Shown piece by piece: positions 8,838-17,418 of a DNA stretch of 64,000 nt. The position numbers and the translations under genes are program-made. The stretch lies in NCBI GenBank assembly GCA_001794055.1, contig MGJB01000006.1, forward strand, positions 26,168-90,167, in the 5' to 3' direction. Below the pieces are notes generated by a model. The model worked only from the letters and a program-made list of their open reading frames with translations, did no database searches and was not told the DNA's origin. Positions within the stretch are counted from its first letter, which is position 1; the number at the start of each line of letters is the position of its first letter. The stretch comes from Candidatus Yanofskybacteria bacterium RIFCSPHIGHO2_01_FULL_41_26 (GTDB lineage Bacteria; Patescibacteriota; Minisyncoccia; 2-02-FULL-40-12; GWA2-44-9).

Positions 8838-10213
8838 ATATTCCTGATTTGGGTCAGATAATTATTAAACCTACGATTTCGAAAGTCCTTAAACTGACCG
8901 GCCTTAAAAAACGCGAGAATTTCTTTAATTCCACTCTGAAGAGAAATCGGGTTATCAAAACCAAGTATTTTTTTAATTTTAGAAAAAGACACTTTGTAAT
9001 CTCTCCTGTCTTTAACAAAATCCGCCTCTTCAATTTTTGAATTTTTAACAAGTTTATTTATTACTTTAGCAATCTGACATATTGTAAAGTTATGGCCGGT
9101 AAAGCCAACATTAAAAATCTGGCCTGAAACTTTTTTTAACGGCGCATCCACTGCCAGCACACAAGCCTCTGCCGCATCATTAACATGTAAAAGCGGCCGC
9201 CATTGCGACCCACCATTGACCATTATTTTATTTTTAAAATAAGCGCTGGCTGTCATCGTGTTGACTACAAGATCAAAACGCATCCGCGGAGACAGCCCAT
9301 AAAGGGTCCCAAATCGTAAAATTACCGGATGGAAATAACTGTTTGCATTTGATAGTAAAAATTTTTCGGAAGAAACTTTTGTTTTGGCATATAAAGATAA
9401 AGGCCTTACCTTGCTCTTTTCGGTCAAGAGTTCGGAACTAGCCCCATAAACACTACAAGAAGATGCAAAAACAAGCCTGGGTACCTGATAGTGACGGCAG
9501 ATCTCAATTAAAGACTTGGTTGAAAAGTGGTTAGTTTCCATTGTATAAACAGGATTAACCGAAGAAGCAGGATCGCCCACCACGCCTGCAAGATGTATAA
9601 CACAATCAACTGACTTAATGCCTTTAATCAATTCCCCTATATTTCTTATGTCGCCCTTTATTAATTTAAAATTTCTTTTTTTTTGTAAATCCATTATTCC
9701 ACGACTGCCAAATGATAAATTATCTAAAACAGTAACCCGATAACCCTTATTCAAGAGCTTGCGAGACAAAATTGACCCAACATAGCCGGCGCCTCCTGTA
9801 ATAAGAACCGACTTGGGAAGAACAGGGTCTTTAATTTTCTCATTAACATAAAGACCGATTAAAACACCCTCTTTATTTAAAATTGGCACTCTTTTTATGT
9901 GACCTTTGAGATAGCCCCTATTTTTAAAAGAAAGATTTATTAGTTCCTCTTTGTTTGTGTCAACACTGGCTGATATAAAATTAGCATTCATAATAGTTGC
10001 AACCGAAGAATCCGGGTCAAAGCCGTCCAAGATTGCTTGTTTTATGTCGCCAATAGTTAAAATCCCCCGCAAGTGATTCTTTTTGTCACAAACAAGACAA
10101 ATCTCAACTTTTTTTCGGTAAAGATCATGAATTGCCTCTTGGAGAGTCGTGGAAGGACTGTAAACATACTTTTTAAATTCTTTTTGTATCATAGAATGTC
10201 TTGATAGTTTCAA
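8834..10213 (-). CDS. CBS-pair domain fused to a GalE-like NAD-dependent epimerase/dehydratase (extended SDR).
   Basis: The N-terminal ~125 aa contain a tandem CBS-like region (HLRGILTIGDIKQAIL ... VPILNKEGVLIGLYVNEKI). Then comes Rossmann motif LITGGAGYVGSIL, and YAKTKVSSE (YxxxK). The 3' end overlaps the ABC gene stop by 4 nt in a convergent arrangement. Confidence 0.7.
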   Translation of the reverse strand: MKLSRHSMIQKEFKKYVYSPSTTLQEAIHDLYRKKVEICLVCDKKNHLRGILTIGDIKQAILDGFDPDSSVATIMNANFISASVDTNKEELINLSFKNRGYLKGHIKRVPILNKEGVLIGLYVNEKIKDPVLPKSVLITGGAGYVGSILSRKLLNKGYRVTVLDNLSFGSRGIMDLQKKRNFKLIKGDIRNIGELIKGIKSVDCVIHLAGVVGDPASSVNPVYTMETNHFSTKSLIEICRHYQVPRLVFASSCSVYGASSELLTEKSKVRPLSLYAKTKVSSEKFLLSNANSYFHPVILRFGTLYGLSPRMRFDLVVNTMTASAYFKNKIMVNGGSQWRPLLHVNDAAEACVLAVDAPLKKVSGQIFNVGFTGHNFTICQIAKVINKLVKNSKIEEADFVKDRRDYKVSFSKIKKILGFDNPISLQSGIKEILAFFKAGQFKDFRNRRFNNYLTQIRNI

Positions 10214-11306
10214 CGATTAAGTCGATCTCTTTTTTAGATATGTGGGAAAAAAGTGGTAACGATAGGACATTATTAGCGACATTATTAGTATTTACAAGCT
10301 GCTTTTTATTTACATAAAATTTATTGTAAGTTTTCTGTAAATGCAATGGCGGATAAAAATATTTTTTTGCGATAATGCCATTTGTTATAAGATGGTCATG
10401 AAGTTGATCACGGTTATAGCCGGTTTTCGACGGATTTATGTAAAGAGAGAAATCTTTAAATGTGCTCTTGCTGTTTTTATGAATGGCCTGAAATTCAATA
10501 TTTTTATCTATCCGTGAAAGTTTATTTTTAAAGTAATTTACAGCAGCCAGACGATCCTTGAGATTCTTATCAATATTTTTTAACGACTCCAGACCTATAA
10601 TGGCATGGAATTCCGACATTCTCGCATTTAAGCCATTGAATTTCGTATTATATGATCCGTCATCGCCATAATTGCGGCCAATCCGGCAAAATTCAGCCAG
10701 AGCTTTATTGTTGGTGGCGATAAGCCCTCCTTCAGCTGCAGTCAAGACTTTTGTCGGACTCAAACTGAAGACTTCGGCGTCCCCAAATACACCCACTTTT
10801 TTACCTTTGAGTTCCGAACCAAAAGCATGGGCAGCATCAAAAATAAGTCTTAAATTGTGTTTATTGCAAATTTTTCTTAGGGCGGCAACATTGCAAGAAT
10901 TGCCAAAAATTTGAGTAGCCAATATGGCACCGGTCTTCGGGGTTATCATCTTTTTAATCGAAATCGGATCTATCTCATAGGTATCTTTTTTTATATCGGC
11001 AAAAACTGGCTTTAAATTATTCCACAACACAGCATGACCAGAAGCAGAAAATGTAAAGCTTGGCAAAACAACTTCGCCCCTGACAGCTAATCCTTTCAGA
11101 ACCAGCATCAAGCCGGAAGTGCAGGAAGAAACTGCTATGCAATACTTGACCCCCAGATACTTGGAAGCATTATCTTCAAATAATTTAACGTATTTACCGT
11201 TTGTAAGAATCCCGCTTTCAATAACCTCCTTGAATCTGGGGGCATATTTTTTGTATTTTGATAATGTTGGTTTTGTTATTGGTATCATGTTTATTAAAAA
11301 TAGCAT
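10173..11306 (-). CDS. PLP-dependent sugar aminotransferase of the DegT/DnrJ/EryC1/StrS family (LegC/PseC-like).
   Basis: The family lysine motif is present: FSLSPTKVLTAAEGG. GxxG PLP region CIAVSSCTSGL. Confidence 0.85.
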   Translation of the reverse strand: MLFLINMIPITKPTLSKYKKYAPRFKEVIESGILTNGKYVKLFEDNASKYLGVKYCIAVSSCTSGLMLVLKGLAVRGEVVLPSFTFSASGHAVLWNNLKPVFADIKKDTYEIDPISIKKMITPKTGAILATQIFGNSCNVAALRKICNKHNLRLIFDAAHAFGSELKGKKVGVFGDAEVFSLSPTKVLTAAEGGLIATNNKALAEFCRIGRNYGDDGSYNTKFNGLNARMSEFHAIIGLESLKNIDKNLKDRLAAVNYFKNKLSRIDKNIEFQAIHKNSKSTFKDFSLYINPSKTGYNRDQLHDHLITNGIIAKKYFYPPLHLQKTYNKFYVNKKQLVNTNNVANNVLSLPLFSHISKKEIDLIVETIKTFYDTKRI

Positions 11307-11313
11307 TAGGCGA

Positions 11314-11721
11314 CTAATGCTGTTTAATTTTCCTTAGAACTTTAACGGGGCAACCAACGGCTATTACGTTATCCGAAATATTGGAGTTAACAAAACTATG
11401 AGCGCCAACAACAGAGTTGGTACCTATCGTAACTCCCGGCATGATCGTGCTGTGCGAGCCAATTCTGCAGTTTCGCTTTAGTATAACCCGGCCCTTTTTG
11501 TGGTCAATGGTGGATAAGGAATAAATCGAACAATGAGATCCTATCTCAACATTATTTCCAATCGTAACACCGTGTTTCGCATTTATGTAAGTAAAAGCAC
11601 CTATGTCTGTTTCCTGACCAAGCTTAAGGTTTTCCGGATGCTGAACCATCCAATTCCACTTGGTTAATTCGCCATGTTTTATCTTCGGCTTTTTCCAGTT
11701 TTTAAATCTCTTTTGAGCCAT
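11314..11721 (-). CDS. Sugar N-acetyltransferase with left-handed beta-helix (hexapeptide-repeat) fold (PglD/LegH/WbbJ-like).
   Basis: Tandem hexapeptide repeats: GNNVEIGSHCSIY, IGSHSTIMPGVTIGTNSVVGAHSFV. 135 aa. Confidence 0.8.
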   Translation of the reverse strand: MAQKRFKNWKKPKIKHGELTKWNWMVQHPENLKLGQETDIGAFTYINAKHGVTIGNNVEIGSHCSIYSLSTIDHKKGRVILKRNCRIGSHSTIMPGVTIGTNSVVGAHSFVNSNISDNVIAVGCPVKVLRKIKQH

Positions 11722-12873
11722 TTAGTAGGTTATCTTCTTTGTTAATAATCTATCGTCAATATTAATATTTTCTAGAATTTTAGCAACCCTTGGTCCAGTT
11801 TTTCCATCACCCCAAGGATTTTTTATTTTAGCTAATTTTGCCAGATATTTTTTATCGTTAAGCGACTTATTTATGGCTCGAAATATTTCATTTTTATCAT
11901 GTCCAACATTTATTACATTTTCCCCACACTGTCTTCCCGCTTGACGAGTGCCAATATTTACAACAGGCGTTTTAAAGGACGGGGATTCAATCATTGCGCC
12001 GCTTGAATTTCCTATCCAAACGACAGCCTCCCTCTCAATAGCCAAAAAATATTTATGATCAAAACTGGGATATATATGAAACAGTGGGTTTGATCTTTCT
12101 TTATTTATAGCCCAAATTATTTGGCTTCCACCCTCATCAGGGTGAGGATAAATAACAACTACTGGCAGATTGAATTTTTTTACAGCCTCGATTGTTGTGC
12201 TCATCTGCTCGCCGGCCCGATCAACTTCTTCGCTTACCGGGTGCTGGATCAATAAGATAAATTTTCCATTCGAATCAATGGCCAATTTTTTAAAAACTTC
12301 TTTTCTGGAAGGAAGTTTTTCGTTAAGCATAACGTCGATAGCCGGAGCACCGACAACGTGAATTCGCCAATTCTCTTCACCCATCTTTTTTATCCTTTCT
12401 GCTGCCTCTTTGGTAGCCGGAAAATGAATATGGGATAATTTAGTAATCGCATGCCTTGCCATATCATCAACAGTCCCACTTTTATCACCGCCATGGGTAT
12501 GAGCCATCGGAATTCTTAAATAAGTACAAGCCAATGCTGTTGCTAAGGTTTCAGGCCTATCGCCTTGAATCAAAACCAAATCAGGCCTATCCTTTCGAAA
12601 CTTGACTGTCAATTCTTTTATAAAATCAGCCACAAACTGAACGGTATCAGAATTGCTACCCATCCCAAAAATCGCTTGTATCGGCTCGGTTTTTGGAAAT
12701 TCGGAAGTAACGTATTTAGCTGTTTTTCCTAATTCCGGCATAAGATGCACACCGGTTGTGTATATCTTCAATTTTAAAAACTCGCTTTTTTTGATGGCTT
12801 TTAAAACAGGCGTTATCAATCCGAAATCAGCCCTAGTTCCAGAAATGTATGCAATTTTTTTAATTTTCCTCAT
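11722..12873 (-). CDS. UDP-N-acetylglucosamine 2-epimerase, hydrolysing type (NeuC/LegG-like).
   Basis: N-terminus IAYISGTRADFGLITPVLKAI. Motif HTHGGDKSGTVDDMARHAITKLSHIHFP (HxHGGE/D-type). Size 383 aa. Confidence 0.8.
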   Translation of the reverse strand: MRKIKKIAYISGTRADFGLITPVLKAIKKSEFLKLKIYTTGVHLMPELGKTAKYVTSEFPKTEPIQAIFGMGSNSDTVQFVADFIKELTVKFRKDRPDLVLIQGDRPETLATALACTYLRIPMAHTHGGDKSGTVDDMARHAITKLSHIHFPATKEAAERIKKMGEENWRIHVVGAPAIDVMLNEKLPSRKEVFKKLAIDSNGKFILLIQHPVSEEVDRAGEQMSTTIEAVKKFNLPVVVIYPHPDEGGSQIIWAINKERSNPLFHIYPSFDHKYFLAIEREAVVWIGNSSGAMIESPSFKTPVVNIGTRQAGRQCGENVINVGHDKNEIFRAINKSLNDKKYLAKLAKIKNPWGDGKTGPRVAKILENINIDDRLLTKKITY

Positions 12874-13919
12874 TAAATTAAATTTCTATTCAACAATGTC
12901 CCTCTTTTTATATATTTTTTAGCCCTCTTCCCAAGTACTTTATCAAAATATTTAGGAGCTAATCCATTGGCTGGTCTTTTGATATCCAGATTGTTCCGGG
13001 TAAATCTTTCGCCTTTTTTGATATCTCGAACAGCAACAATGCTTCTTCTTATCACCAATAACTTTTTCTCCGATTCTGTCGGTTTCTTAATAGCAGAACC
13101 AAGAATGATATTTACAGCTCGTACTTCATCAACCATCTTCTTAAAATCTATTCGATTAGACGAAGTCCTATGATCCGGTCCGGGAAGATTATTATCCAAA
13201 GTTAAGTGTTTCTCAATAACACAGGCCCCTAAAGAAGTGGCCATTACAGCAACCTGCGAACCGTTAGTATGATCTGAATACCCGACCAAAACATTTAGCT
13301 CCTTCATCATGGTTTGCATCGCCCTTAAATTAATTTCTTCAGAAGGACAGGGGTAGTTTGTTGTACAATGCAAAACGATTATTTTATCACCACCGGCTTT
13401 TTTTATTGTTTTAACAGCTTCTTTAACCTCTGCCATTGTTGCCATACCCGTTCCCAAAATCATCGGTTTTCCCAATTTGGCCGCATAGGTAAGAAGGGGC
13501 AAACTCGTCAGGTCTCCTGAACCGAACTTGAACGCCGGAACACTAAAATCTTTAAGCAGATCAACAGAAGCAAAACTTCCATGAGGAGTCGAAAGAAAAA
13601 TTATCCCCATTTTTTTGCAGTGAGCAATAACTTGCGGATACCAACTCTCATCAAATTCCAACTTCCTTAACATTTCTATCTGACTTTCAACTTTACCAAG
13701 ATTTTTCTTTTGATATTCAACCATCTCTCCGGATTCGGTTACCACCTGCTCTGCCCGAAAAGTCTGAAATTTAACCGCATCAGCCCCGGCACTTGCCGCC
13801 GCATCAACGAGTTTCAAGGCCAAATCCAGTTTCCCGTTGTGATTAACTCCGGCTTCGGCAATAATAAAAACAGGTTCATTGTATCCAATTCTGCGGTTTT
13901 GTATTAAAATATTTTTCAT
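12873..13919 (-). CDS. Nonulosonic acid synthase (NeuB family; N-acetylneuraminate/legionaminate/pseudaminate synthase) with C-terminal SAF domain.
   Basis: N-terminal signature IIAEAGVNHNGKLDLALKLVDAAASAGADAVKFQTF. 348 aa. The C-terminal ~60 aa are antifreeze-like/SAF. The start overlaps the upstream gene stop by 1 nt. Confidence 0.9.
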   Translation of the reverse strand: MKNILIQNRRIGYNEPVFIIAEAGVNHNGKLDLALKLVDAAASAGADAVKFQTFRAEQVVTESGEMVEYQKKNLGKVESQIEMLRKLEFDESWYPQVIAHCKKMGIIFLSTPHGSFASVDLLKDFSVPAFKFGSGDLTSLPLLTYAAKLGKPMILGTGMATMAEVKEAVKTIKKAGGDKIIVLHCTTNYPCPSEEINLRAMQTMMKELNVLVGYSDHTNGSQVAVMATSLGACVIEKHLTLDNNLPGPDHRTSSNRIDFKKMVDEVRAVNIILGSAIKKPTESEKKLLVIRRSIVAVRDIKKGERFTRNNLDIKRPANGLAPKYFDKVLGKRAKKYIKRGTLLNRNLI

Positions 13920-14611
13920 TGCGAACGTAAAATGGCTTCAGCCAATTTAAAATCAATGAGTTCATCTATGTCCACAGATCTTTCGCGTGGCATTAGAAAA
14001 ATTTCCGAATTATCGTCAATTATCTTGTCATTTTTCATAAGTATTTCTCTTTTTACAACATAAACAGCGCCGTTTATTTTATAAAGTTTCGGTAATTCTT
14101 GACTTCTTTTTTTTGTTCCAGAACCTCTCAAAAAAAGAACTGCTTTTCCATCTTTGAGTTTATACATCCATTCGGGCCTTTCACTTATTTCGCAAACCCC
14201 GATACACGAACCTGCTTTTGTTTTAAACATCTTTTCTATGGCACCATCGATGTCATCAACCGAAACAAGAGGACTGGTGGGCTGAATAAGGACTATCAAA
14301 TCCGCATCAAAACCATTTGAGGAGAAATATGCAACAGCGTGCTGAAGAACATGTTCCGGCCGAGCGGTATCAGTGGCAAGTTCGGCCGGACGGATAAATG
14401 GAACTTCGGCACCATACTTTTCACTAATCTTAGCAATTATTGGATCATCGGTAGACACAATAATCCTGTCAATATAATCTGACAATAACGCGGCTTTTAT
14501 AGCATAACTAATCATCGGCTTGCCATTGAGCTTCTTTATGTTTTTTCTTGGTAATCTTTTAGACCCACCTCTTGCTGGTACAATGGCTAATATTTTTTTA
14601 TTTTTATACAT
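13916..14611 (-). CDS. CMP-nonulosonic acid synthetase (acylneuraminate cytidylyltransferase family, NeuA/LegF-like).
   Basis: N-terminus ILAIVPARGGSKRLPRKNIKKLNGKPMISY matches the CMP-NeuAc synthetase P-loop-like motif. 231 aa. Confidence 0.85.
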   Translation of the reverse strand: MYKNKKILAIVPARGGSKRLPRKNIKKLNGKPMISYAIKAALLSDYIDRIIVSTDDPIIAKISEKYGAEVPFIRPAELATDTARPEHVLQHAVAYFSSNGFDADLIVLIQPTSPLVSVDDIDGAIEKMFKTKAGSCIGVCEISERPEWMYKLKDGKAVLFLRGSGTKKRSQELPKLYKINGAVYVVKREILMKNDKIIDDNSEIFLMPRERSVDIDELIDFKLAEAILRSQ

Positions 14612-14617
14612 AAAATT

Positions 14618-15871
14618 TTATTTTACCTGATGTCTTAGCTTCAATTTTCCTTTTTCTTTTTTCCACAAATGAGGCGAACGAAATTTGTCAGCTAACTCCA
14701 TAAAATATTTCTTATTCATCAAAGATCGTTTAAACATCTTGGAGGCTTTGGGAAATTCTTTTTTTGTAATGCTTAAATACTCCCACAACTCATCAGCAAA
14801 TCTTTCTGGAAATTCTCCGTCAAATCTTTTTATCAGAGAGACTCCTTCTTCACGGGTTATTTCACCCGAACGAACTTCTTGGGAAGCATCATATGTCGCC
14901 CGGCCGATACCGAATTTGATAAAGGTGGTGTAATAATGAAGATCGTCGACCTTATCGTCAATACTATTATATTTGCTGTAGGTACCGGGTGTTCTTTCCG
15001 GCGAGGCCTGAAAATTGCCATTCTCAACTGCATAATAATATGTTTCTTGAGGGTGCCACTTGATATAATAACCTAGATAGTGAACCTCAACCTTGTTTTT
15101 TAATATATCCTTCGGATTGGCCGGAAGATAAGCATTAAGATCATTTTTACTCACTCCATATTTTTTTATCAGGTCAGAAAAAGAAGTTCCGCCAAGGTAG
15201 ATCTTCGACTTATCTTTGGCAGTAAAATAAGACCAATCACGTTTTGCTTTTTCATTATCAGCAATTGGATTGCCATATTCAGCCTCGTTTTCTCCATACA
15301 ATACCAGGGGTATTTTATATAAAACGGCTAATTTTGGCGCCAAAGCTTTCTGGCCAATAATAAACGGCTGGAAGGGATGGAAGAGATTTTCTGTAGCCAA
15401 ACGTGTAAGCAAACGATGCACTCTTCCGTTTGGAGTAAATAAAATATTATCCAAACCTGAACATATCCACGCCTGAAAATTTTTCCAGCCCCAAGAAGTA
15501 TAAACATGAGGTGCCCAAGTTACCGTAAGAGGATGCATCCCGTATTTATATTTCAGTAAATGTGAAGCATAAAAACTATCTTTCCCCCCCGAACCAGGAA
15601 TAATACAGTCGTAAGAACCGTCATTTTTTCTAAAACGATTCAACAGCCTTAGTAGTTCTTTCTCCCGTTTTGTCCAATCAATTGTTTTCTTTTTATCCAT
15701 CACGCGACAAGCATCACAAATCCCGTTTTTATCAAAATTTATAGTTTCTTTTTTGCTTTCTTTGGTATGAGAATATTCTACTACCGAATTCGGGCGTTGA
15801 TTTGAAATAACACATCTTTTGCAAAATCTAACTTCGGATGGCAAGCCAAATAAGGTTTTTGTTTTTTTCAT
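14618..15871 (-). CDS. N-acetyl sugar amidotransferase (WbpG/PseA-like PP-loop ATP-pyrophosphatase).
   Basis: PP-loop SGGKDS within IIPGSGGKDSFYASHLL. N-terminal CxxC pairs (CKRC...CDAC). It sits directly upstream of HisH/HisF-like genes, which is the classical triad. Confidence 0.75.
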   Translation of the reverse strand: MKKTKTLFGLPSEVRFCKRCVISNQRPNSVVEYSHTKESKKETINFDKNGICDACRVMDKKKTIDWTKREKELLRLLNRFRKNDGSYDCIIPGSGGKDSFYASHLLKYKYGMHPLTVTWAPHVYTSWGWKNFQAWICSGLDNILFTPNGRVHRLLTRLATENLFHPFQPFIIGQKALAPKLAVLYKIPLVLYGENEAEYGNPIADNEKAKRDWSYFTAKDKSKIYLGGTSFSDLIKKYGVSKNDLNAYLPANPKDILKNKVEVHYLGYYIKWHPQETYYYAVENGNFQASPERTPGTYSKYNSIDDKVDDLHYYTTFIKFGIGRATYDASQEVRSGEITREEGVSLIKRFDGEFPERFADELWEYLSITKKEFPKASKMFKRSLMNKKYFMELADKFRSPHLWKKEKGKLKLRHQVK

Positions 15872-16524
15872 AAGGCTTTAACTAAATTAACAAAGTTTTT
15901 TATTATTCGGAGTCCGACTTGGCCGCTTTTTTCAGGATGGAATTGAAAACCATATACATTTCCCTTCTGAACAGTAGAGCAAAATTGATATCCTCCATAG
16001 ATAGTAGTTGTTAAAATCGCTTTTTTATCAATTGGCTCAAGTATATATGAGTGGACAAAATATACATAAGGATCTTTCCCGATAGAGTTGAGAATATCTC
16101 CTTCAGGTTTTGTGCTATTTGAGAGTGTTATTTTGTTCCATCCGATATGAGGTATTTTGATTCCCATTTTAAGCCCTGGGAACTTTACCACTTTCCCAGA
16201 AATTATATCAAGGCCCCTAAATTCGCCAAACTCATATCCCTTTGACAACAGAAGCTGCGCCCCAAGACAAATTCCCAAAATTGGCTTTCCTTTTTCGGCA
16301 AATTTTTTAATTTCCCCTTCTAGCCCACGTGCCTTTATGCCTTCCATTCCCGCTTCAAAAGAACCTACGCCCGGTAAAACTAAAGCATCTAATCGATTTA
16401 TTTCTTCAGTGTTTTCAACGATTACCACATCGTCAATGAATTCTCTTAATGCTTTGCGCAGGCTATAAAGATTGCCTACCCCATAATCAACAATGCCGAT
16501 TTTTTTATTATTAGACCCTGACAT
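15868..16524 (-). CDS. hisH: Glutamine amidotransferase, imidazole glycerol phosphate synthase HisH-like subunit. It is a paralog used in sugar acetamidino formation.
   Basis: IGIVDYGVGNLYSLRKAL, with catalytic-triad context (GICLGAQLL, HSY...FHPEKS). There are no other his genes nearby. Confidence 0.85.
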   Translation of the reverse strand: MSGSNNKKIGIVDYGVGNLYSLRKALREFIDDVVIVENTEEINRLDALVLPGVGSFEAGMEGIKARGLEGEIKKFAEKGKPILGICLGAQLLLSKGYEFGEFRGLDIISGKVVKFPGLKMGIKIPHIGWNKITLSNSTKPEGDILNSIGKDPYVYFVHSYILEPIDKKAILTTTIYGGYQFCSTVQKGNVYGFQFHPEKSGQVGLRIIKNFVNLVKAL

Positions 16525-17269
16525 TGATTTTTTTCTTAAATAAATATTCTTTTAAATTTTTTATTTTAAAATCTCCGTAGTGGAATGAGGTGGCAATGGC
16601 AACAGCATCGATTTTGGTTTTTTTTATTACTTTAACAACAGATTCCTTTGTCCCCGCCCCACCATGAACTACAAGGGGTACTTTACAAAATTTAGAAACC
16701 TCACTAATCAATTCCGTATCATATCCTTTTCGCGAACCGTCTCTGTCAATCGAAGTTATAACCACCTCGCCTACACCTAAAACAAGAGCTTTCCTTATCC
16801 ACTCAACCGCATTAATGCCTGTATGTTCCCGGCCGCCATCAGTATATGCTTCCCAAGTCCCATCATTTCTGTGTTTTGCTTCTACCGAAAGAACAATGCA
16901 CTGGGAACCGAATTTTTTTACCGCTTCGTTCAGAAACTTGGGTTTTTTTATTCCATAAGTATTTATGGCGACCTTGTCGGCTCCAGCTCGAAGAGCATTA
17001 TTTATATCATTAACAGAACGTATGCCTCCGCCAACTGTTATGGGAATGAAAATTTCTTCTGATACTGACCGCAGAAGATCAAAATCAAAATTTCTCTGGT
17101 ATAAACTGGCAACAATATCCATGCATAAAAGTTCATCGGCGCCATCTTTATAATATTTAAATGCAAGCTCTTTAGGATTTCCGACAACCCTAAGCCCTTC
17201 AGTAAAAATACCTTTCACAACATTAGTGCCCTTAATATCAAGACGGGGAATTATTCTTATATTTTCCAT
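16511..17269 (-). CDS. hisF: Imidazole glycerol phosphate synthase cyclase HisF-like subunit ((beta/alpha)8 barrel). Paralog partnered with the WbpG-like amidotransferase.
   Basis: IPRLDIKGTNVVKG...ADELLCMDIVAS...PITVGGGIRS...VVHGGAGT, typical of HisF. Confidence 0.85.
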   Translation of the reverse strand: MENIRIIPRLDIKGTNVVKGIFTEGLRVVGNPKELAFKYYKDGADELLCMDIVASLYQRNFDFDLLRSVSEEIFIPITVGGGIRSVNDINNALRAGADKVAINTYGIKKPKFLNEAVKKFGSQCIVLSVEAKHRNDGTWEAYTDGGREHTGINAVEWIRKALVLGVGEVVITSIDRDGSRKGYDTELISEVSKFCKVPLVVHGGAGTKESVVKVIKKTKIDAVAIATSFHYGDFKIKNLKEYLFKKKINVRV

Positions 17270-17418
17270 TGTCTCAGTTTTTGAAATTCATTTTCTTTTT
17301 CATAATTTATAACATTAATCAACACTTCAGTCCAGAATTAAAATATTATACCTGCCGGTATAAAAATAAATCCCCACATTGACGTGAGGATGATCTTAAA
17401 TTAAACTTTTCTCAAGGT

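Noticed and set aside
15868-17269. HisH/HisF pair as a histidine-biosynthesis operon.
   Set aside because: No hisA/hisB/hisD/hisG/hisI nearby. The pair is translationally coupled to a WbpG/PseA-type PP-loop amidotransferase inside a nonulosonic-acid cluster. That is the known arrangement for sugar acetamidino formation.
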